NCBI GenBank assembly: GCA_965235115.1
Contig: OZ249436.1
Location: forward strand, 25,856,001 to 25,920,000
Source of the DNA: Laetmonice hystrix
Lineage: Eukaryota
Length of the DNA: 64,000 bases
Direction of reading: 5' to 3'
Numbering within the stretch: position 1 is the first letter of the stretch; each line of letters starts with the position of its first letter. The notes under the pieces were generated by a model, which was not told the origin of the DNA, made no database searches, and worked only from the letters and a program-made list of their open reading frames with translations. A program made the position numbers and the translations under genes. Shown here one piece after another: positions 37,886 through 48,900 of the stretch.

Positions 37886-39565
37886 CTACGTAGTTGTTTT
37901 AGATGTGGAAAGAATCGAGGACGGAATCCTCAGTACCGCCACGGATTTCGGCGGGGTTTCATCAGCTTCACCTAATGAAGACTTCTCAATCTCCCCGTGG
38001 AAACAATACTTCTTCTTAAAGTACAATACAAGAGTAATTATGATTCCGATCATGACAACCAACATTAGAATTAAGGGGGCAGGGTACAACTTTGTATGGT
38101 GGATAGTTGACAATGTTGGCAAAGGCTTCATAATGAGAGTTTGTTTGGGATCCAGGATAAGTTCATCATGAATCTTAAGAGTGTGCTTAATCTCATTATA
38201 CTGAACGGGCGTGAGAGAAGGGGGATTCCATCGTATTGGTATGTGTACAGTCAGCGGAATCTTCAATATGTGGTTAGAAACCGGTAGGGTGCGACCTACT
38301 CTCCAGACGACTACACAACGTTCCTTAGCGGTAATCAACGACGGGTTACATATCAGATGCACCGTATACGTCACATCAGGACAGTGAACTGTAATGTTTG
38401 TACAAGTCGTGATACTAACTAGCCACGTATCATTACCTAAAAACTTACTCACGATATGTGTGGCAGAACGGCTAACTTTATATTTACACGTAGGGTTGTC
38501 GCCTTTGATAATAGAAAGTTCACAATCGTCTACACTAGTCTGTGATACTTCACAAATACCCAATGAATGTCCACGGCAAGTCTGTGGCTCATACTGAGCA
38601 GTCAAGGTAGTGTCAGTTAAGATAGTAGACTGGGTAATGTACTTAGCCTTCAGGTCGCGATACGTAAACCACTGTGGCTGGAGTAACCACTGAGTGTACT
38701 CCGTTCTGGTAGACATCCACACAGAAACGACACATACAAGCGTGTCTGACTCGTCCCACATGACCTCCACTGGGGAATACGCGCGGTGCCAGGTCGCCGG
38801 CATGACCCACCCTACACGTGCCATCCGTAACAGTATCTTACCCAGCTGGTCATCGTCCAGTACATCACGGGCTAAATGCCCGTGGCGTAATGCTTTCATT
38901 GCTCTCCTGTACTGCTGGTTGCGAACCTGAGTCACGGCATGAATTGTTTCCAGTTGCTCCATCATATCGAGAGCTTGATGTAGAGCGTTATATGAATCAA
39001 GAGTCCTTTTGATTAACACAACTTGTTGCTCTGTCAGATTGACAAAATTGAAAAGGCTAACAATATCCTCATGGTTAATTTCGGCTTGGGCGCGCGTTGC
39101 ATTCAAGACAGTCACCATTTCTTTCTGGTTATGAAATAAAACATCTTGGCGTAAAACTGCTTCGTGAATTTGATCTCTTAAAGCGTCCACTTGATGTTCT
39201 GTTGCGGTTCCAAATAATTTAGATGAAAGTTCACCAATAATGTTCAACAGACCTCGCTTTGATCGTGCTGGAGTTGATAGCTGTTGTAGATGCTCATAAT
39301 GGGACCATAGAAGGCGGAGACGGAACCGGAGTGACTGTAAATTCCTGGCTGGGAGCTTTACAGCAGACAGACGCAGACCAGCCAAGACTGCGTCAATCCA
39401 TGATAACATTGGTGGTATTTCCGGTGGTTGTAGAGTAACAATAACCGTCCAGCGGTCAGTTAAAATCCATGCTCTCGCTTCACGGGCCAACAATACTCCA
39501 TTTGGTACTTCGGTTACTTGACCTGAACTTATCGCAAAAAGTGGTAGTATGCAAAGGAATAGCAT
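37886..39565 (-). CDS. env: Envelope glycoprotein, errantivirus/baculovirus F-like class I fusion protein (559 aa from MLFLCILP)
   Basis: Signal peptide MLFLCILPLFAISSG; furin site RSKR followed by fusion peptide GLLNIIGELSSKLFGTA; heptad-repeat region; Cys-rich ectodomain; TM LILMLVVMIGIIITLVLYF then KKK; located between integrase and 3' LTR. Confidence 0.88.
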   Translation of the reverse strand: MLFLCILPLFAISSGQVTEVPNGVLLAREARAWILTDRWTVIVTLQPPEIPPMLSWIDAVLAGLRLSAVKLPARNLQSLRFRLRLLWSHYEHLQQLSTPARSKRGLLNIIGELSSKLFGTATEHQVDALRDQIHEAVLRQDVLFHNQKEMVTVLNATRAQAEINHEDIVSLFNFVNLTEQQVVLIKRTLDSYNALHQALDMMEQLETIHAVTQVRNQQYRRAMKALRHGHLARDVLDDDQLGKILLRMARVGWVMPATWHRAYSPVEVMWDESDTLVCVVSVWMSTRTEYTQWLLQPQWFTYRDLKAKYITQSTILTDTTLTAQYEPQTCRGHSLGICEVSQTSVDDCELSIIKGDNPTCKYKVSRSATHIVSKFLGNDTWLVSITTCTNITVHCPDVTYTVHLICNPSLITAKERCVVVWRVGRTLPVSNHILKIPLTVHIPIRWNPPSLTPVQYNEIKHTLKIHDELILDPKQTLIMKPLPTLSTIHHTKLYPAPLILMLVVMIGIIITLVLYFKKKYCFHGEIEKSSLGEADETPPKSVAVLRIPSSILSTSKTTT

Positions 39566-39842
39566 CCTTCTAGGTGTGGTGGGAACTTCTCCAGTAGACA
39601 GAGTTAATACGTTGTTTGTATGAGTGTGAGGGGTCATCTGAATTCCTAGCTTCCAGCAGTCGCCTTTTAGATCTGGTCGCACGCCATGGCGGGGATGTTT
39701 GCCAGTCCATATGTTCCTCAGGCAGGGAAATGTCCGTTTTACGTCTGCGTGTGTCAGGAGAACCATCAGGGGAGGCATCTGGAAACGTTCTTTTGTGTAT
39801 GTTTATATTTGATCGGGGCATACGGTCAATACGTCGGCGCCG

Positions 39843-42800
39843 TCAAGGAGGACTGTGGACATCAACATCTTGAACTCGTCGACGCCGTGACATATGGGGT
39901 TCAACATCAGGGGTGCCAGCCGTGACAGCTGTATCAACCGTGCCCTTCCTACCAAGGTTTGCAGGTGGTAGCCATCGTGGTGGTCGCGAAGATCGTTTCA
40001 CACGGGGCTTGACCATAGACCAATCATCTATTGCGGCCGGCAATACCTTGTCACGATTGACAACACGTTTATGTCCGGTACGTTGGTCTTCTAATGAAAT
40101 TACAGACCCTCTCACCTGGGTGACAATGTACGTGTGATCCCACCTCGGATCAAGGGGGGCATGTTCACTCACTTTAATAACGGCCTTGTCTCCAACTGCT
40201 AGCGGTGGTGCATTAGCTCGGGACTGAAGACGAGCAGTGTTGAACCTGCGTGATTCTTTAGTCTCCATGGCAGCTTTCCGAAAAACCGATACTAGATGGC
40301 TGTAAGGTAACATGGCATCAGTCTCTACATCATATAACGGATGTGCAGGTACATCAGGTTCCCGACCATACTGCAAGAAGTATGGAGTAAATCCATTGAC
40401 GGATGGTGTAATGCGGTAGGCCCATAGAGCAGAGCCTAATTCTTCCTCCCAACTTTCGAATCTGGTGTTTGTCAGTTTACTCAGGATTGTTTTGATTGTA
40501 CGGTGTGCCCTTTCTAACCGACCATTTGTTTGGGGGTGATATGGGGTCGTACTGCGGTGATCAACTTGAAGGAAATGTAAATAATCCTTGAGGTCTCGTC
40601 CTTGAAACTCCATCCCACGGTCAGTGATCAAGACCTTGGGTATGCCAAACCTTGGGATGTAATCATTCTTGAGGTGATGGAGAACGTACTGTTGACTTTT
40701 CTGTGGTATGGGATACGCCTCGATCCAAGCAGTGGCATGATCCATGACTGTTAGTAAATAACGATTGCCATGCGGGGATGCAGAGAAAGGTTCTACCAGG
40801 TCAGCTGCAGCAATGTCTCCTGGTAAAATGGCTAATGGCATATCCGTGGGTGGGGGATAATGTATCCTGTCACTGTGAACACAACACAAGGGGCATGATT
40901 TGTAGAGATCGGTAGAGGTCTGCCACATGGCAGGCCATTTGTAGTGCTCCTGTAATTGCTTTAACACCTTCCTTGTACCGGCATGACCCAAACGTTCGTG
41001 ATAAGTGATCCACAGTTTGGACCTTACTGAGCTCGGTACCCACAGCCTAGGGTAATCAATGTCACGTCTAGCTGGTCGTGTTGTACACAGAAATCCCTCC
41101 AACATGGTCCACCCATTACCACTTGGCGTGCCTGAACCAAACTCCTTCATTTGTTCTTGTCTGACCGTAATGGGATCCAGACCATCAAGCTTCAACCTGC
41201 CACAATAATAGTCATCAGACGGTGCATTTGCCATTACCGGCAACGGGGACCACATAGTTTCAGAGTCTCTGTTTGTTTGAAGGCCAGGGAGACGCGATAA
41301 CATATCAGCACGTTGGTTGCACTCACCCTTAATGTACTTGATGGGAGCACCATATTCGGCAATAAGCATGGCCCAACGCTGCACCTTTGTATTGTTCACC
41401 TCGCCTAAGAACATAGCTTTTGAAAGGTTTGTGGTCAGTGAAGATTTCAAAGTCAGCTCCATAAAGATAGGGACGTAACATTTTTAATGCATGGACAATT
41501 GCGTATGCCTCCCGTTCCATAGCAGGCCATAGTCTTTGCGTTTTGTTGAGAACATGGCTCACAAATTGGACAGGTCTAGGGTTGTCAGCCTCATCCCTTT
41601 GCACTAAAATCGCACCCACAGCATTGGCAGAGCTGTCCGTATACAGTTAAAATGGTTTACCCATGTCCGGGTGATGCTGGACAACTTTGTCTGAACATAA
41701 CACTGTTCTAAGATAATCAAAGGCGTCCTGATGTGTATCAGTCCAGCGCCAAGCAGCATGTTTGCGGGTCAAGTCTGATAATTTTGAAGCATACTCTGCA
41801 TAACGAGGTATCATACTCCTATGAAACCCGACCATTCCAAGGAAACGTCTTACACTTTTAATATCCGTAGGAGGTTGCATGTCCCTAATAGCACTCACTT
41901 TCCCAGCCTGGGGGCGAACTCCGGTGCCGTCTATGGCAAATCCAAGCAATTTGATACTCCTCGCATGAAACACGCATTTATCAGCTTTAATTGTGAAACC
42001 CGCTGAAGTTAACAAGCGCAATACCTCACGTACATGTTTTTTGTGTTCCTGCTCCGTTTTTGAGTAAACACAGATATCGTCCAAATAGACCATTGCGAAA
42101 TAACCAATAGCAGGCCTAAGAACATTGTTCATACACCTTTGGAAGGTAGCTGGTGCAGTCTTTAAACCAAAGGGCATTCGCATGTATTCATATAATCCCT
42201 CATGGGTACAAAACGCAGTTACAGAAATACTGTCTGGATGTACGGGTAGCTGATGGAATCCATTTTTTAGGTCCAAAAGAGAGAAATATGAACACCCTCC
42301 AACACTATCTAACACATCCGAGACACGCGGGAGTGGATGAGCATCATGAACAATTTTTTTGTTTAATTGTCGATAGTCAATGCACATGCGTGTACTCCCA
42401 TCTTTCTTTGGGACCAGAGTTACAGGAGAGGCCCAGGGCGACGTTGATGGACGAATTATTCCTTGTGCTAACAATTCCCTTACCTGACTTTCAATCTCCT
42501 TACGTTTCCTTAAAGGAGTACGGTATGGTCGCTGACGGATAGGGATATGGTCCTCACCAATGTCAACACCATCTGAACATCAGGGTTACATCCAATAGGG
42601 TTTCCGTCTTGCCCAAACAGTGAAGGAAATTCTTTTAACCAATAATCACTCCAAGTATGCAGCTCACTTACAGAGCGTCCTGACATAACTCCTATGCTGC
42701 GGTGACAGTGATCATTAATGTACACACAGTTGTTTTTTAAGTCAATCCGGGCTCCCAGTGCGCGCAAAGCATCATCACCCAAAATCATGGACTCCTTCAA

Positions 42801-43058
42801 CATAATGCTCGTTATGTACACCCTCAGTAGAGTTCCATAGACGGTAATTTCCCCTTTTCCGACTATGGGAATGTTATTTCCGGTAACACCCTGAAGTTGC
42901 TCTGAGGACTTCACACAGTTAGGGCACCTTAAGTCAGAACAATAGTGTTTCCAGGCCTCTAAAGAAATAACTGTGCGTGCCGCTCCTGTGTCTACCAGGG
43001 CAGGTATCCGCTCCCTCCCCACTGGGAGTTCGATACACAGCCTGGTGTCACTTAGTTT
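39843..43058 (-). pseudogene. pol: pol (protease, RT, RNase H, integrase) with two frameshifts and one premature stop
   Basis: LVDTGA; SPWASP, RMCIDYRQLN, MPFGLKTAP, YLDD; LYTDSS, EREAYAI, FTDHKP; HHCC and D-D-E. Breaks near 42565, 41647 (TAA) and 41420. Confidence 0.92.
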
Positions 43059-43061
43059 TTT
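43055..43061 (-). promoter_or_regulatory. -1 ribosomal frameshift slippery heptamer A AAA AAC at the gag/pol junction
   Basis: GCA AAA AAC TAA ends gag; the -1 frame is open through LSDTRLCIELPVGRERIPALVDTGA. Confidence 0.8.
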
Positions 43062-43669
43062 GCATTATTGTTTTTCTTGCCCTGACGCTTCTCATCATCC
43101 TTAATTTTCTTATGGCACTCGCGTTTGTAATGGCCAGCTTTACGGCAGTAGTAGCAAATGACTTGGTTACCTGTGGGCTGTTGTCCTGTCAGCACGTTCT
43201 TCAAATCCGACAGCTGAGCTGCCATGTCAGCCATTGCCGTGAAGATATCCTTCGAATTAATATCAGTTGCCCGCCCTGAAGCTGAAGTCATGGCTCCTAT
43301 CTCCATGGGCTCTTCTATTCTCAGTGGAGGGCGCAGCCAGGCGCTACGTGCGTCGGCCTGTAGGGCGGCTTGGAAAGCTTCCTCGGGGGTTGTTGGATTA
43401 GCATCCGCTGTACAATAACGGACACGCTCATTTGCCAAACCGTTAATAAAGACCTTGATGATGTGACGTATGATCTTCCGTCCTGTCAGATCCTCTTCTG
43501 AATAGGCTCTGTTCATTCTAATCTTGAACTGTGCGACGTATTCACACACAGGCTGGTAACTTGCCTGGCGGTAGGTGTCGACTTCCTTTACACTGCGATC
43601 CTCTTCCTCCCCCGATACACACTGCCCCCTGATATGTGTTAGCAAACCAGCCAGGGTTGGACCTGCTGG

Positions 43670-45106
43670 CAGGGGCGCCGCTGCCTATTTCGAAGTGGGG
43701 GGACAATCTTGGTGTGTTTGACCTCCCCCCCCCGAGATTTATGTACCATAAGAATTGCAAAATAACAGTGTATTCACCCCCCCCCCAAGGGGCGGACCCA
43801 GGATTTTCTTTGCGGGGGGTTGGGGGTGTCAGAAGGTGCCACGCGCAGAAAGGGGGGGGGGCTCCGACTTTGGGAATATAAAAGGCCATCGGTGCTATTT
43901 CCCGGCTTCTCAGCATCAAAAGAGCTTTTGGTGCCGACCTTTTGCTCAAGATTAATGTATTAATCAGGGGGCTTGCCCCCCTTAGATCCTCCTTTTTTGT
44001 ATGAAGATGTATTATTAGTACCTACAGTTACAATGAAATCATGCCGAGCGTAGCGAGGCAAAAAAATTTTTTTAGGTGGGCCCCACCTGGCCGTTGACAT
44101 CACAAAAAACAGTATCAAGCAATATTTATCAGAAGCCATAAAAGTTGACGATTAGGCCTAAAACACACTTTTACCAAATAAAATAGAGACCGTCCCCATC
44201 CTACTTGCCACTTTCTATTCTACCACACTAGGTCTAGTATAATTGGTAAACCTCACTCATTATTTCAATACATTCACGCATGAGGTCTTTTTCTTCAAAA
44301 TCAAATAGAAAGGCCCAACATGGGGGTGAAAAATGTTGACGGCCGCAGGCCTAACGCTGTCAGACAATAATTAAAGCGTGGCCTAGATTTCCTAGAGCTT
44401 AAGATTGACCTGAATATTCAGGTCTATGAGCTAAGCAAGAGACGGTATGGCAGATCCAGCTTTTTCAAGTAGGGGAGGCAACGTTTTTAGGGACGCAACC
44501 GGTGTGACTGTACGAGCGCCGAAGGCACACAGCTTTGCTTGGGGGTCCGGGGGCATGCCCCCCCCCGAAATTTTTAAATTCAAGGTGTAATTTGGTGAAA
44601 TCTGATGCATTTTGGAGCACAAAGCTATTTAAAGACCAATGATGTCAAAAGTCTTATGTAGCCTACAATGCCGTGAGGCGCCATGAACGGCAGGAGGGGC
44701 GCCATGAAATATATATATTTTAGGGGGGTCCAGACCCTATGTTACCCCCTACCGTGGATCCGCCAGTGTGGTAGGACTAAGGTAGGCCTACACAGGGAAG
44801 CTGCAGGGGATCTAGGCCGCGGTTAGGCCCATATTAATTATAGAACAGCAAAGCATAGACCTATCTCCTAAACACATGACATAGGCTTAGGCCTGCGAAG
44901 GCCAAGATTAAAAATGATGAAAATCTATCTTTAATTTGCTCCCATGGGAAATTCACCTTAAAAAGCTAGGCATAGGGAGTATAAAAAGACCTGTAGATCT
45001 ATCTATTAGGCCTGCTTCAACTTCAAGGAGCCTTTGACCTTTTTAGGTCGCCAGCAAAAGTGGGGGGGACATGTCCACCCCATCCCCCCCGGCAGCGGCG
45101 CCCCTG
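43670..45106. mobile_element. Non-autonomous TIR element inserted in gag
   Basis: 16-bp TIR CAGGGGCGCCGCTGCC / GGCAGCGGCGCCCCTG; 6-bp TSD TGCTGG; contains further MITE-like fragments. Confidence 0.88.
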
Positions 45107-45413
45107 TGCTGGGGTATATGTATCGATAGCTTGCACAAGACTCCCTGATGTTTGGGAAGCCAATTCTTCTCGCGCCTCCTGTGGAGTCAGGCCATCCACA
45201 AAGCGAAAGGCAAGTTCGGCCCGTTCGAGCCACAGCCGTAAACTTGACTGGTTGACGCCATCACATGGGGTAACATCCTTCATGTTCGAACTGTTGTGGT
45301 GTAAGTTCAGCGTTTGCCATTTTCAGAGATGTGGTTTTCTTTTCTTCTTATACCATACGTATATTTTCCAGGGTATTGAATTCGTGCCACTGGGTCCGAT
45401 TGTTAAATAATCG

Positions 45414-45432
45414 GCCCCACATTAGGGCGCCA
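45414..45432 (-). promoter_or_regulatory. Primer-binding site, tRNA-Lys(CTT)-like
   Basis: TGGCGCCCTAATGTGGGGC, 2 nt after the 5' LTR; canonical Lys PBS is TGGCGCCCAACGTGGGGC. Confidence 0.75.
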
Positions 45433-45434
45433 AA

Positions 45435-45922
45435 TGTAACGTGTTAAACGTGTTTTTAAAATAAAGTCTCACTACATGGCACAACAGTTACCACTGGCCA
45501 ACTTAACCGGACTCTCGACGGCCAGTGGAAATAGCAGCAGTCGACTCAGTGAGTGTTGAACCGAGAGTAACTTTATTCCTCCCCAAACTTTACCCATATA
45601 CATCATCTACATAGTATGGGCGTGTCCCGCCCGTGCGCATGCGTGGGGATTCATGGCACGGAGGGGGAGAGCCCGCCCCTCCTTATAAGGCAAGGGGCGT
45701 GTCCACACGAGATGCACGGAGGCAACCTCATCCCTTCGTGAAATGTTTACTGCAATGGATAGTACATACCCTAATATATGCTACACACAACGGAATATAT
45801 GAAGAACCTAAATAAGGGGGTTATACCTTACATAAGTATGTATAAGGCAAATCTAAATAAAGCGATTATACCTTACATAACAATATATGAAGTAAATCTA
45901 AATAAAGTGATTATACTTTACA
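45435..45922 (-). repeat. 5' LTR
   Basis: 488 bp; only two substitutions seen against 37350-37837. Confidence 0.95.
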
Positions 45923-48900
45923 CATGGTATGCTAAAAATAGTGCACAACCCTTAGTCTGATCCCGCCATGGAGATTCCCTGGTATCAATTTGGGCTCGAT
46001 TTGTCAAAAATTGTTGGAGGAGAGGCGAATTAGTCACATTTTGAGCTGTGACCTAGATTTCAAGAAGGTCAAAGGTCAGAGGTCAAATTGATGAATAAAA
46101 TTATTCCCTCTCAAGTGGCAAGCTAAGTGCTATGAATGAATTTTCTCTAACTGATCATGGGACTGGTACAATGAGGCACAATGAGGTACTTCCCAAAACA
46201 CCAAATTACGTCATGACGTCACGTCATATGACGTAAATCTTGGTGTCATTTGAAAGAGCATCTATGAGTTCCTATTCGTGCTCAATAGTAACTATGACCC
46301 TATCTAGCACAGTTTAAGAGTTATAGGCCTCTGAAAATGCCAATGACGTCATTATGACGCTATACGTCACATGACGTCATAAATCTTGGTGTCAATTGAA
46401 AGAGCATATGACTTCCTATTCATGTTCAATAGTAACCATGGCTCTATTTTAGATCGTTTCAGAGTTACAGCCATTTATTTCTCAAAAATGGCTATGACCC
46501 AAATTCAATGTCACATGCCATTTCTCTAGTTTCAAAGTTTAGCACCAGGTCGCAGCACGCCTCGGCAATATCCCGGGTCAGGGCCTGCCACATATCGCCA
46601 TGTGGTAGGAAGGGGGTCCCCGATATGCTAGTCCCAATATGCGGCAGGTAGGGGGTTCCTCATATTTAATAGGCCTATTGAGTGAGGAAGTTCTAGTCCC
46701 AATAGATATGGGGAAGGTAGGGGGTCCCTGATATTTAGCCGACATATTGATATGTGACCATCCCTGGCCCAGATATTCTCAATTAAATACAATACAATAT
46801 GTTTATTCACAACCTCGATGGAGGCAAAAGAACAGGGTCAGGGATAGTATAGTATAGTAGCACTGCTCACTCCATCTGCCGCCGCCAGGGCCTGGCCCCC
46901 TAACGTGAGTACAGTGTATAGTCGAGATGTGCTGCTACCTGGTGTCAAACTTCGCCCCTCCCCCCACGGTTGATTGTGTGCTAATGAGATGGGATTTCAT
47001 TTCTCACTCCGACGCTCACTCAAGTTGAGTACTCAAATTTCACTCAGATCGACCGTCTGAGTGTAAGAGAAACGCATTTTACTCAAATTCCACTCAAATA
47101 TGGCTTGAGTGGAATTTGAGTGGATTTGACTGTAAAGTAAGAAAAACCGGGCCCTGGTGTCAAACTTCGCCCCCCCCCCCCACAGTTGATTGTGTGCTAA
47201 CGAGATGGGATTTCATTTCTCACTCTAGCCATTTCCTTAGCCAAAACGCAGCCATACTTTTTCAAACGTTACACACAAGGAGCTAAAATGTTTAATCTAT
47301 ACATCGACTTTCAAAGCAAAAGTCTACATTAAATATTTACAAAGACAGGCATCAGTAGCAATTCAAAGCAGTAGTAGCAGCAAGCAGAACGTGATAGCTC
47401 CTGAGAAGAGTCTATGCTTGATGTGCGACAGGTCTGGCGATCTATTCCCCATTAAGTCATTTGCTGTTTTCGTTTTGATGGTTTTTTTTCGACTGAATTG
47501 GAAAAATATTATGTTTCTCCCCTTGACAATTGCCAGTCATTTGGCTACAGATAATTTACAGCTATATTTCACGTTTAATGACGAAATATGCAGCATATAC
47601 GCCACTGTCTGCAGTGTCACTGTCAGTGTGGACTTACTATGGAGTATGGTATGGAGAACGCCATTGGATTTAACTGAGATTCGTTAGTAAATAGCTTCGG
47701 TCTTCACATGGCGAGTTCCATTCCGAGACTTGGAATCTTCTCTTCAAAGTTGCCTGACATTGAGCTAAATATGTCCCTGAAGTACTCCCCTATTTATAGA
47801 TAGAAACATTAGATACTTATTTATACAGAGGCCGGTCGGCTCAGTGTCTGCAGTCGGCCCCTTCCAGCAGACAACGAGCGGTGACCCGACGACACTCACG
47901 AAAGAGGTTTCTAGGTCACTCGATCAGTGGTCAAATTGCCTGTCTCTCTTCACGACCTTCTCTTATATAATTGATCTCCCTGTTGTTAATTATATATTTA
48001 ATCAATTGAAATTTATAATATCTTAAAGTAGACAGTTTAAAGTCCACACCGTGTAAATATTAAAATGCTGAGCTTATTGTTCCGTAGTTGAGAAGTGCCC
48101 CAAAGTAAAGAAGAGATCACGTTGCAGATGACGTTGCAGATGACGTCACAGGTCACGTGGCACCAAAAATATGGTACCTAATTAAAGTAGACATAAACCT
48201 TTATAAGGTTCATTTAAAAATATGGCTCTATCTCAAATCGTTCATGAGTTACAGCACAAAATCTTCCAAATGACCCAAGTCAAGCTCAAGTTCAAAACTT
48301 TCAGGTCACGTGGTTCAGCGAAAATAGGTCAAATCGCTTATCCGGTTCTGGAATCTGGTTGAGCTGTCCCTAGAGAGTGCCTGTGCGACATATTATCAAG
48401 ATTTATCCAAAAAATGGGAAGAAGTAATGATTAAACCGATTTGCGAGCTAGGGACCAGGTCTGTCTAAGTTCAAAGGTCAAAGGTCAAATGAAGGGTCAG
48501 ACTTATGCAGCACCCTTGCCCGACTAAAACACCTTGACGAGTTTTGGAAATTCCCAAGATGAGGTTCAAAAATGGGCTAAATGTACAAAACACGTTTCAC
48601 GTCATGACGTCATGACGTGACGTTACGTGACGTCATGACGCACCATGAGATCAGAGTTTGTCATCGTCAAGACGTAGCCCAAGTTTCATTGAGATATCTT
48701 GAAAAATGACTGAGATATACTTATAGGTTTACGACTACTACGACTACTACTACAGGCATAAAAATAAGGAAGACGAAACCAGACAATTTCAAGATCCCTT
48801 CCCCTATCGGGGGAAGGGATAATAATAATAATAGGGAAGACGAAACCAGACAATTTCAAGATCCCATCCCCTGACGGGGGATGGGATAATAATACAGAAG

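Larger units (their letters stand above)
43052..45283 (-). pseudogene. gag: gag split by a DNA-transposon insertion
   Basis: EPMEIG motif and zinc knuckle CYYCRKAGHYKREC; removing 43670-45106 and one TSD copy fuses DTYTPA to GPTLAGLLTHIRGQ in frame. Confidence 0.88.
37350..45922 (-). mobile_element. Ty3/gypsy LTR retrotransposon with env (errantivirus-like endogenous retrovirus)
   Basis: Paired 488-bp TG...CA LTRs, PBS, PPT, gag-PR-RT-RH-IN order, env ORF. Confidence 0.95.

Noticed and set aside
39566..39778. 71-aa N-terminal extension of env given in the ORF track
   Set aside because: The signal peptide begins at Met72 (39565); the extension has no recognisable feature, although a spliced leader cannot be excluded
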